A DNA stretch of 64,000 bases from Verrucomicrobiales bacterium (GTDB lineage: Bacteria; Verrucomicrobiota; Verrucomicrobiia; Limisphaerales; CAIMTB01), in assembly GCA_016795425.1 (NCBI GenBank), contig JAEUHG010000165.1, positions 21,024 to 85,023 of the forward strand. Direction: 5' to 3'. The notes below the pieces were generated by a model. That model saw nothing but the letters and a program-made list of their open reading frames with translations, was not told the DNA's origin and did no database searches. Positions 48,301 to 56,084 of this stretch are shown in pieces. Numbering within the stretch: position 1 is the first letter of the stretch; each line of letters opens with the position of its first letter. Made by a program: the position numbers and the translations under genes.

Positions 48301-48849
48301 GTCCACCTTCTCTTCGACAGGCAATTGGCCGCTGGCCGGCAGTTGCCCGCCGCCATGGTGGGTGTCGATGTGACTCGCCGCCTGAATGTGCGGCACACCA
48401 TGCCCGGCAAGGATGGGCTGAAAATGGCCGCCGATCAGTTCCTTCCCGACCGCTGCCGCGTAGGCCTCGAACTTCGGAGTCCCCGGCAACGTGAGAAGAT
48501 ACGGCGCGATTTCGTGCGCCAGTTCGGGCGCGTACCGGAAGGGGAACCGTTCGGCGTCAGGTTCGAGGAAGAAATCGAAGGGATTGAAGACCGACATCTC
48601 GGCCACCACGTCGACTTCGACGAGAAACTCGCGGGTGGGTTCGGGGAAAGCGAGGCGCGCCAGGTAGTTCGATTGCGGATCCTGCTGCCAATTGATGAAG
48701 TGTTTTTCGGGCAGGATGCGCAGCGAATAACTCAGAATGCGGGTGCGCGAATGCGGCGCCGGTCGCAGTCGGACGATCTGCGGCCCGAGTTGAACCAGTC
48801 GGTCGTACTGGTAGTGGGTGCGATGATGAAGAGCGACGTGGATGGCCAT
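45361..48849 (-). CDS. Large transglutaminase-family protein (Bact_transglu_N + transglutaminase core + DUF2126-type C-terminal region)
   Basis: The start is MAIHVALHHRTHYQYDRLVQLGPQIVRLRPAPH (ATG 48849). The catalytic set is GSCRDSAW, DLHAWCEVY and IGLDPTSG. About 800 aa of conserved C-terminal region follow. Confidence 0.9.
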   Translation of the reverse strand: MAIHVALHHRTHYQYDRLVQLGPQIVRLRPAPHSRTRILSYSLRILPEKHFINWQQDPQSNYLARLAFPEPTREFLVEVDVVAEMSVFNPFDFFLEPDAERFPFRYAPELAHEIAPYLLTLPGTPKFEAYAAAVGKELIGGHFQPILAGHGVPHIQAASHIDTHHGGGQLPASGQLPVEEKVDDRPRTIDFLVGLNQRLWRDIRYLIRLEPGVQSPEETLEKGSGSCRDSAWLLCQLLRSYGLAARFVSGYLIQLTADVKSLDGPSGPEQDFTDLHAWCEVYLPGAGWIGLDPTSGLLAGEGHIPLAATPDPQSAAPITGLVDECECEFKFEMSVKRIHESPRVTLPYTEEQWQEIDRLGHQVDDDLRRYDCRLTMGGEPTFVSIDDMDGEEWNTAALGPTKPKLADDLIRRLKGRFSEGAFLHYGQGKWYPGESLPRWAYACYWRGDGEPTWERPELFADVGRDYGFNERDSERFIHRLADHLGCGAKWVMPAFEDTWYYLWKERRLPTNVDPFDSKLKNEEDRKRLARIFEQGLEKTIGHILPLQRQWDSWTSGPWFLRPERLYLLPGDSPIGFRLPLDSVPWVRQADYPHLTPQDPLEPRPALPPRQAFLVGRGQAAIPASPEAHIGWRPQGSPGAGPARPILPGEALRFPVRHESAPWIVRTALCVEPRNGRLYVFMPPVATLEDYLDCLAAVETTAAELDRPIVLEGYPPPHDPRLSVLKVTPDPGVLEVNIHPARSWSEMVRNTEVLYEEARLARLGTEKFMLDGRHTGTGGGNHIVLGGATPQESPLLKRPDLLRSLLAYWQNHPSLSFLFSSLFIGPTSQNPRVDEARNDSLRELEIAFRQVPEYGFAQPWLVDRLFRNLLVDSSGNTHRAEFCIDKLYSPDGSSGRLGLLELRAFEMPPHARMSLAQQLLLRTLISRFWKRPYENRLVRWGTDIHDRWMLPHFVWDDIKDVVADLNANGYPFKEEWFAPHLEFRFPQFGDLDVRNVHLELRQALEPWHVLGEEGAAGGTVRYVDSSLERIQVKVRGMVDSRHAVAVNGVLLPLHPTGTNGEAVAGVRYRAWQPPNCLHPTIGVHTPLVFDVVDQWNGRSIGGCTYHVMHPGGRNYTTFPVNAYEAESRRLARFFRHGHSIGTLKPAKLEDDPDYPFTLDLRRA

Positions 48850-48859
48850 GGGAAAATGC

Positions 48860-50254
48860 TTACGAACCGGGCTCTGGCAGGTAGCGGATGCGCTTGTTGA
48901 TGTCGGTGTTGATCGAGTGGTACGGCTGCGTGAGGTTGCCCGCAGCGAATAAGGTCTGCCGCAAATGCTCCATGTCATCCTCGCCGATCGCATCGGTGAA
49001 GATCGACGTCAGATAGGCGATCCCCATGCGGGAGGGTTTCATGAGACGCGCATCGTACATTTCCGGATGCATGAAGCGGGCATGGATTTTTCCCCATCGG
49101 TCACGGAACCGGTTGGCATCGAATCCTTCCACGTGGAAACCCGCCGAGGTGCTGTACTGCAGAATCGACACCGCGTTGTTTCGTCCTTCGAGCAACAATT
49201 CCACCGCCCGCGCCCCCAATTGGGCCGCATAAAAGCGGTCGAAAAGAATCGGGCGCCCACCCCGTTGGGTGTGTCCGACTTTACGAGTGAAGATGGCTTC
49301 CTTGGCCGACTCGCCCCGCCGGTAAAGCTGGAAGTACCGGTCGCCGATCATCTGGATCAGCTTGGATCGAAGCGCTTCCGCCGCCCCGGTGAGCTGCACG
49401 TTGCCCGCGGGATCGGTGGTCCGGCTTTCGGCGCCGAGATCCCGGCCCTGCTCATCCACGATGCCTTCACCGCAAACAATCACCACATTCTTCTGCAGAT
49501 CGTAGATATGCTTCACCCGCTCGACCAATCGCTCGAGATCCAACGAGCACTCGGGAACGAGAATGATGTCCGGGCGACCATAGGCGGAGCCGAGGGCGAT
49601 GTAGCCGGAGTGACGACCCATCACTTCGATGATGGCAATGCGGCGATGGCTCTCGGCGGTGGTACGGATGCGTTCGACGCCTGACGCGGAGACATACACC
49701 GCGGTGGCGTAGCCTGGCGTCACATAATTCACCATCTGGTCCAGCTGATACTCGGCCCTCGACTCGACCCTCTTGTACCGGAAGCCGCCCTTTACGGTCG
49801 AATCCGCGACGCGCACCCATTCATCAGGTTCACTCGGATAATTCAACCCGAGATCATTATCGATCGTCTTGGGGGCCAGAACGGTGGGCAGGCGCTCGGC
49901 GAGCGGCTGGAGCCCGTTCAGGGTGCCATCACCCCCGACGCAGATCAGCCCTTCGATCCCCAGGCGATGCAGCCGGTCGGCGATCTGGTTGAGGTCGCCC
50001 GTCTTGTCGGGATCCACGTAATCCCGGGAAGACCCGATCAAGGTGCCGCCCTTGGTGGGGTCGATTTCGGGAATCTCCTGGTAGAGCGGATTGAGGTGCA
50101 CATGAGGCACCCGCGGATTGAACAGGCTGTTGAAGCCCTTGATGAGGCCGATGATCTCGACCTTCAACTGATTGGCGCGCACGACGGCGCCTTGGATGGT
50201 CGCGTTTAAGGCAGGGGTATCTCCCCCGGCCGTCAGGATGCCGATGCGTTTCAT
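48860..50254 (-). CDS. 6-phosphofructokinase (long form; phosphoryl donor not assignable from sequence)
   Basis: Supporting motifs are MKRIGILTAGGDTPALNA, CVGGDGTL, PKTIDNDL, EVMGRHSGYIAL and GHTQRGG. The protein is 464 aa with an insertion after TIDND. Confidence 0.9.
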   Translation of the reverse strand: MKRIGILTAGGDTPALNATIQGAVVRANQLKVEIIGLIKGFNSLFNPRVPHVHLNPLYQEIPEIDPTKGGTLIGSSRDYVDPDKTGDLNQIADRLHRLGIEGLICVGGDGTLNGLQPLAERLPTVLAPKTIDNDLGLNYPSEPDEWVRVADSTVKGGFRYKRVESRAEYQLDQMVNYVTPGYATAVYVSASGVERIRTTAESHRRIAIIEVMGRHSGYIALGSAYGRPDIILVPECSLDLERLVERVKHIYDLQKNVVIVCGEGIVDEQGRDLGAESRTTDPAGNVQLTGAAEALRSKLIQMIGDRYFQLYRRGESAKEAIFTRKVGHTQRGGRPILFDRFYAAQLGARAVELLLEGRNNAVSILQYSTSAGFHVEGFDANRFRDRWGKIHARFMHPEMYDARLMKPSRMGIAYLTSIFTDAIGEDDMEHLRQTLFAAGNLTQPYHSINTDINKRIRYLPEPGS

Positions 50255-50294
50255 CTCGACGTCAGGTCCGACACCACCCGCGAGTGGGGGTGGG

Positions 50295-51296
50295 TTATTG
50301 CTGTTGGCGTTCGACGCCTGGATCCAGATCCAGGTACGGCAGGAAGATATAGGCCTGGAACAACGCGTCCCCGATGGCGTTCAACTTCACTTGGACCTGG
50401 TCCAGGTAGTCATGGAGCCCGGGCGCGAAGATCTCCTCGACGGTGCTGAACTGCAGCTCGGCCAGGAGGCGGCCCGACAATTTTTCAGCCTCGTTCGTGA
50501 AACGGTGCGACGGCGTTCCCGCGATGCTGCGCAGCCCGACATCGAGCTGAGCCACGCAGGCTCGCACAGATCGGGGAAAGTCATTGGACAGGACCAGCAA
50601 TTCGGCGATGCGGGAGGGTTGGATGTCGGCACCGTAGGACTGCCGGTAGGCGTCGAGGGCGCTGCAGGATCGCAGGACGGCGACCCATTCGAGGGCATCG
50701 GTCTCGTTGATCGGACCGGGCATGCCCTTGGGCGGCAGCGTCTGGTAACGGACGTCGAGGATGCGGGTGGTCTTATCGCCGCGTTCGAGAAACCGGCCGA
50801 CCTCCATGAAGTGGCAGCCTTCGTTTTCGAGCAGGGTTCCGCTCACCAATCCCTGGAGATAAAGGGATGAACGCTTGACCTCATTGCAGAACTCGTCCGG
50901 CGCCGAGGCCCAGGTCTGACGGGCCTGCGGCGATCGCATGAACAGGTACAGGCGGTTGATCTCCTCCCACATCTCCTGGGTGATCTGGTCCCGCACCATC
51001 CGGGCGTTCTCACGAGCCTGTGTGACCGCGCTGGCGATCGAGTTCGGGTTGTCGGAACGGAACACCAGAAAATCCGTGACCGTCTGCCCATTCGCCGCCT
51101 GGTAGAGTTGAAAGAAAAGCTTCTCGTCGCCGGTGCTTTGGACAATGGGAACCCAGTGCTCGGCCAGGCGGCGGTCATCCAGGTTTCGAAAGTCGAGCAG
51201 CAGCTGAAGATTGACATCGACGATGCGCGCGGTGTTTTCCGCCCGCTCGATGTAGCGGCTCATCCAGTACAGAGAATTCGCGACTCGGCTCAGCAT
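50295..51296 (-). CDS. Alpha-E domain protein
   Basis: MLSRVANSLYWMSRYIERAENTARIVDVNL is the canonical alpha-E N-terminus. It starts 12 nt downstream of the ATP-grasp gene. Confidence 0.9.
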   Translation of the reverse strand: MLSRVANSLYWMSRYIERAENTARIVDVNLQLLLDFRNLDDRRLAEHWVPIVQSTGDEKLFFQLYQAANGQTVTDFLVFRSDNPNSIASAVTQARENARMVRDQITQEMWEEINRLYLFMRSPQARQTWASAPDEFCNEVKRSSLYLQGLVSGTLLENEGCHFMEVGRFLERGDKTTRILDVRYQTLPPKGMPGPINETDALEWVAVLRSCSALDAYRQSYGADIQPSRIAELLVLSNDFPRSVRACVAQLDVGLRSIAGTPSHRFTNEAEKLSGRLLAELQFSTVEEIFAPGLHDYLDQVQVKLNAIGDALFQAYIFLPYLDLDPGVERQQQ

Positions 51297-51308
51297 GGAA
51301 GTTCCAAC

Positions 51309-52784
51309 TTACTCTTCGCCATACAGCACCCAGGTGTCTTTGCTGCCGCCGCCCTGGGAGGAGTTCACCACCAGCGACCCCTTCCGCAGCGCCACCCGCG
51401 TCAATCCACCCGGCAGCACGAAGATCTTTTCGCCATTCAGAATGAAGGGCCTCAGATCGATGTGCCGCCCCTCGAACGACTCCCCGCAAAAGGTCGGGTG
51501 CCGGGAGAGGCTAATCATCGGCTGGGCGATGTAATTCCGCGGATCGGCGATAATCCGTTCCCGAAACGCTTCAATCTCCACCTTGCTCGCCTTGGGACCC
51601 ATCAGCATCCCGTAACCGCCGGACTCGTTCGCCGCCTTCACCACCAACTCGCCGAGGTGATCCAGGATGTACTTCCGATCCTCATCCTCGCTCGCCAAAT
51701 AGGTGGGTACGTTGTCCAGAATCGGGTCTTCCCCCAGGTAAAACCGGATCATCCGGGGGACGAAGTAGTACATCACCTTGTCGTCAGCGATGCCGGTCCC
51801 CACAGAATTGGCCAGACTGACATTGCCGGCGCGATAGGCATGCACCAATCCGGGCACACCCAGCATGGAATCCTTCCGAAACACCGTGGGGTCCAGAAAA
51901 TCGTCATCGATGCGGCGGTAAATCACGTGGACCGGCTGCAGGCCGATCGTGGTCCGCATGTAGACACGCTCATTGCGCACCACCAAGTCCCGTCCCTCGA
52001 CGATTTCGATGCCCATCTGGCGAGCCAGGTAGGTGTGCTCAAAATAGGCGCTGTTGTACGGCCCCGGCGAAAGCAGAACCACGGTGGGTTCGGCCACTCC
52101 CGGCGGTGCCAGGTACAGCAGCGTCTTCAAAAGCACATCCGGGTAATTGGCCACAGGCCGGACACCCGTCGATTCGAACAGGCCCGCGAAGGTCCGCCGC
52201 ATGGCTCGGCGGTTTTCCAGGACGTACGAAACCCCTGACGGACAACGCCCATTATCCTCCAAGACCAGGTACTTTCCGTCCCGATCCCGGATCAGGTCCG
52301 TCCCACAAATGTGCATGTAGATGTCCTTGGGGACCTGGAAATTGACGAACTCCCGCCGGAAATGCCTGGCTGAGAGGACGTAAAATGGGGGGATCACTCC
52401 TTCCTTGAGGATCCGCTGCTCATGGTAGATGTCGTGGAGGAAGTGGTTGAGGGCGGTGATTCGCTGCACCAGACCAGCCTCCACCCTTTGCCATTCGCTG
52501 GCCGGGATGATGCGTGGGATCAGGTCGAACGGGAAAATGCGTTCGGCGCCCTGCTGGTCTCCGTAGACATTGAAGGTGATCCCCTGGCGCAGAAAGGCGA
52601 GGTCGACGGCCTGCCGTTTCTGGTCGAACTCGTCCCGTTTCAGGGAATTAAATCGCTCCCAGAAACGTCGGTAGTGAGGCCTGACCTCACCGCCCGCCGT
52701 CATCATCTCGTCGTAAAACTCGCCCGCCTCGTATCGATCCAAAAGCACGCCGGGCCAGAGAATGCTCGGGCCGGGAATCGACAC
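51309..52784 (-). CDS. Circularly permuted type-2 ATP-grasp protein
   Basis: YDEM...VRPHY..F...L....F..K...[17 protein letters not shown]...[36 protein letters not shown] matches the family. It is a paralogue of the N-terminal half of 41051..43636. Confidence 0.9.
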   Translation of the reverse strand: MSIPGPSILWPGVLLDRYEAGEFYDEMMTAGGEVRPHYRRFWERFNSLKRDEFDQKRQAVDLAFLRQGITFNVYGDQQGAERIFPFDLIPRIIPASEWQRVEAGLVQRITALNHFLHDIYHEQRILKEGVIPPFYVLSARHFRREFVNFQVPKDIYMHICGTDLIRDRDGKYLVLEDNGRCPSGVSYVLENRRAMRRTFAGLFESTGVRPVANYPDVLLKTLLYLAPPGVAEPTVVLLSPGPYNSAYFEHTYLARQMGIEIVEGRDLVVRNERVYMRTTIGLQPVHVIYRRIDDDFLDPTVFRKDSMLGVPGLVHAYRAGNVSLANSVGTGIADDKVMYYFVPRMIRFYLGEDPILDNVPTYLASEDEDRKYILDHLGELVVKAANESGGYGMLMGPKASKVEIEAFRERIIADPRNYIAQPMISLSRHPTFCGESFEGRHIDLRPFILNGEKIFVLPGGLTRVALRKGSLVVNSSQGGGSKDTWVLYGEE

Positions 52785-53030
52785 AAGTCCGGTATTTCAA
52801 CCGCGTCTGAATTTCGTTCATGGTCCTGATGAGCGAACCCGTGATTCCCACTGGCCGAACGCCTTGGCATGGCTCACGCTTGCAATGACCCAGCCCGTCC
52901 GGCCTCACTTTTGCCGGTTGGGAAAAGAATGCGTCGAAACAAAACGAAACCGAGGCGCGTCTTGTCCAATGACTCAACCTGCCACCGACTTGGGAGCCAA
53001 TCCGGCAGCCAATCGGGGTCGGGAGACGGA

Positions 53031-53792
53031 ATGACCATGAAATCCACGGAACGGGTACGGCACCATGCAGGCAAGGGGTTCACCTTGATCGAACTTCTCG
53101 TTGTTATCGCCATCATCGCCATTCTGGCTTCCTTGCTTCTGCCGGCCCTGGCAGGCGCCAAACGCAAGGCCAAGGCGATTCAATGCCTTAACAACGAACG
53201 GCAATTGAATCTCGCGGGTGGTCTCTATGCCGATGATCACGACGACTATTATCCTCCGCGACGGGAACCTCCTGGCGCCTGGCCGTGGAGCCTGCTGGGC
53301 TACTACAAGGATCCCACCGTGGTCACGTGTCCTTCGGACAAATTCATGATCTTTTCGGGATTCATGGATCCCACCAATCGCCTCCAAATCCGCCGAAGCT
53401 TCCTCATCAACGGATTCAATGACTACTTCCGGACGGCCCTTCCCGCCGAGGATTATCAACTCCATCGGGAGTGGAAATGGCCAGTAGGGATGCGCCGCGG
53501 CAGTATTCCCATGGCTTCGGAAACCATCATCTTCGGTGAAAAGAAGGCCGGGTCACCGCACATTCACATGGATTTCGATCAAGGCTCCCAAGGCAATGAT
53601 ATCGAACAGGTTTCCCAAAACCGGCATACCGCCAACGAATCCGGACGATCGGGCGGGTCGAACTTCGCCTTCGCCGACGGCAGCGTTCGGTTCCTCAAAT
53701 TCGGTATGTCCATGACCCCGCAGAACCTTTGGGCAGTGACCGAGGAATGGCGCAACGCAGCCGTCAAACCCGAGGATATTCCGAACAAATAA
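53031..53792 (+). CDS. Prepilin-type N-terminal cleavage/methylation domain protein (H-X9-DG-like)
   Basis: The likely start is [40 protein letters not shown]. The C-terminal motif is [14 protein letters not shown]. Confidence 0.9.
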   Translation: MTMKSTERVRHHAGKGFTLIELLVVIAIIAILASLLLPALAGAKRKAKAIQCLNNERQLNLAGGLYADDHDDYYPPRREPPGAWPWSLLGYYKDPTVVTCPSDKFMIFSGFMDPTNRLQIRRSFLINGFNDYFRTALPAEDYQLHREWKWPVGMRRGSIPMASETIIFGEKKAGSPHIHMDFDQGSQGNDIEQVSQNRHTANESGRSGGSNFAFADGSVRFLKFGMSMTPQNLWAVTEEWRNAAVKPEDIPNK

Positions 53793-53813
53793 CCGTTCAG
53801 CCCCCTTGACCGC

Positions 53814-56012
53814 GTGAACACCCACCTGCCCGCCGGCCCTACCCCCGCGGGCCACCCCTCCTTGACCCCTCGACGTGCGGTGGCCCGGCTCCTGGTCGGC
53901 TCCTCCCTGATTCTGCTGGCGCACCTTCCGTGGGTCGCCACAGCACAGGTCGTCATCAATGAAATCATGTACCATCCCCCGGACGACCGGGATGAGATGC
54001 AGTGGGTCGAGGTGCACAACGCCGGCTCGACACCCGTGAGTATTGGCGGTTGGTCCTTTACCAAGGGAGTGAAGTTCACCTTTGCCAAGGATCTGACCCT
54101 TCCCGCGGGCGGTTTTAGCGTCATTTGCCGCGACCGCGGCGGATTCCGCATCCAATACGGAACCAACATCCCGGTCGCCGGCGAATTCACGGGAAAGCTA
54201 AGTCACGGCGGCGAGACTTTGGAACTCTCGGATGCCAAGGGGCAGAAGGTCGACTCGGTCAAATTCGACGACAAAGAGCCCTGGCCGGTTTCTCCCGACG
54301 GCATGTCGGCGTCGCTCGAACGCATCGTGGCGTCCGCACCCAGCGATCTTCCGCAGAACTGGGCGCCTTCCGTGTTGCCACTGTCTCCTGCTCCGGCGGG
54401 TACCCCAGGCCAGCGCAACGCTGCCGCTGCCACCAACCTTCCGCCGATCCTTTCCAACGTGCAGTTCGCGCCCCCCCTTCCAGGCAAAGCAACGCCGGTT
54501 CAGGTCGATATCGCCGATCCCGACGGACTTCGTTCTGCCACGCTTCTTTTCCAGGCGATCGACACCGCGACTGCCGGCCAGCGCACGGCGGCACCCAGTA
54601 CCGCGCCGGCGTGGAAGGAGATCGCGCTGCAGCGGAAGGCGGGCGATGCCAAAAAAGGGACGTTCAGTGGTGACATTCCTGCCCTCCCGGAACGGCAGAT
54701 CCTTCGTTTCCGACTGGCCGCCGTCGATGAGACCGGGGCGACCCGTCAACTCCCGCATCCTTCCGACGCTCGGCCGACGTTCTCGGCTTACGTTGGAGGC
54801 AATACCAACAAGGCCCTGATTCCGATGGTGTCCTTGTTCGAATTCGGCCCCAAAGAAATGCCGGGTCGTTCCCTTCGCAATTCTTTCGGGGGACCACGAC
54901 CCAACCGGCGTGGCCCGCAAGTTCTCGAGCCCGTGCGCGGGGCCGCTTGTCTCGTTTATATGCCGCCCGGGGGCGGGCCCGTCCAGACTCTGGACCACAT
55001 CCGCATCACCCCGCGCCAAGGCGGCTGGAAGCTTCGACTCCAAAAGGACCAACCCCTGCAGGAGATGACGACGGTGAACGTCATGTTCGAAAACCAACCT
55101 CGGTTTGTGCTGGCCGAACACCTGGCTTACGAACTCTACCGCAAATCCGGCACCACCGCGCCGCTGAGCGGGCATTGGCGCATATTTCACAACGGACGAC
55201 CGACCGGGTATCACCTCTATGTCGAGCAACCCAACAACAGCTTCTTCCGGAGGGTCGGCCGCGACCCCGAAGGGGATGTTTACAAACTGCTTTGGTACGG
55301 CCACGACATCGTTTCGCAGCACGAGAAGAAGAACAACCCCGAGACCGGCCACGCGGAACTTGTTCAATTGATCGAGGCCCTCCAGCGATCCAATGGGGAT
55401 AAGCAGTGGCAACTCATCCAGCAGCGGTTTCACCTCGACAGCTTCATCAACTACTACGCCGTCAACATGTGCATTCAGAACTGGGACGGCTTCTTCAACA
55501 ATTACTTCCTCTACCGAGCCCCAGGGCCGACCGGAAAATGGGAGATCATCCCTTGGGACGAAGATAAGACGTGGGGCGACTACGACGGCTGCTCCCCCCG
55601 TTACGATTGGTACACCATGCCGTTAACCATGGGCATGACTGGCGATCGCCCGAAGTCGGGAATCCTGGGCGGCTTCGAAATGGGTGGCATCCACGGAGGT
55701 CCCTCCTGGTGGCGTCACCCGGGCTGGTTCTCCGGACCGCTCCTGGCGAACCCGTCGTTTCGAGCGAAGTTCCGGACCCGGCTCCGAGAGATCTGCAACA
55801 CCATCTTCACCCCTGACCAATGGGAACCGATTCTGGCCCGGATGGAACAGGAACTCGAAGCCGAGGTTCGCTACCGGTCCGGCTTATTTCATGGCGATGC
55901 CTCCGCCTCCAGCCAAACCGTCGCGGAATTCAAGCTCCACATGGACTCCTTCCGACGCCAGGTCACGCATCGCCGCCAATTCCTGCTCAAGGAACTCGAC
56001 AAGGAAGAGTAA
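53814..56012 (+). CDS. Secreted lamin-tail-domain (LTD) + CotH kinase-family protein
   Basis: After a signal peptide, the LTD is VVINEIMYHPPDD...WVEVHNAG..VSIGGWSF. The C-terminal CotH block is NYYAVNMCIQNWDGFFNNYFLYR...WEIIPWDEDKTWG. Confidence 0.85.
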   Translation: MNTHLPAGPTPAGHPSLTPRRAVARLLVGSSLILLAHLPWVATAQVVINEIMYHPPDDRDEMQWVEVHNAGSTPVSIGGWSFTKGVKFTFAKDLTLPAGGFSVICRDRGGFRIQYGTNIPVAGEFTGKLSHGGETLELSDAKGQKVDSVKFDDKEPWPVSPDGMSASLERIVASAPSDLPQNWAPSVLPLSPAPAGTPGQRNAAAATNLPPILSNVQFAPPLPGKATPVQVDIADPDGLRSATLLFQAIDTATAGQRTAAPSTAPAWKEIALQRKAGDAKKGTFSGDIPALPERQILRFRLAAVDETGATRQLPHPSDARPTFSAYVGGNTNKALIPMVSLFEFGPKEMPGRSLRNSFGGPRPNRRGPQVLEPVRGAACLVYMPPGGGPVQTLDHIRITPRQGGWKLRLQKDQPLQEMTTVNVMFENQPRFVLAEHLAYELYRKSGTTAPLSGHWRIFHNGRPTGYHLYVEQPNNSFFRRVGRDPEGDVYKLLWYGHDIVSQHEKKNNPETGHAELVQLIEALQRSNGDKQWQLIQQRFHLDSFINYYAVNMCIQNWDGFFNNYFLYRAPGPTGKWEIIPWDEDKTWGDYDGCSPRYDWYTMPLTMGMTGDRPKSGILGGFEMGGIHGGPSWWRHPGWFSGPLLANPSFRAKFRTRLREICNTIFTPDQWEPILARMEQELEAEVRYRSGLFHGDASASSQTVAEFKLHMDSFRRQVTHRRQFLLKELDKEE

Positions 56013-56084
56013 TCGCCGCACCCCTTCGAAGAGCCGCTCCACCGCGTTCTGGACCTTCCTCCACGAATCGCAAATCGTTACGCA

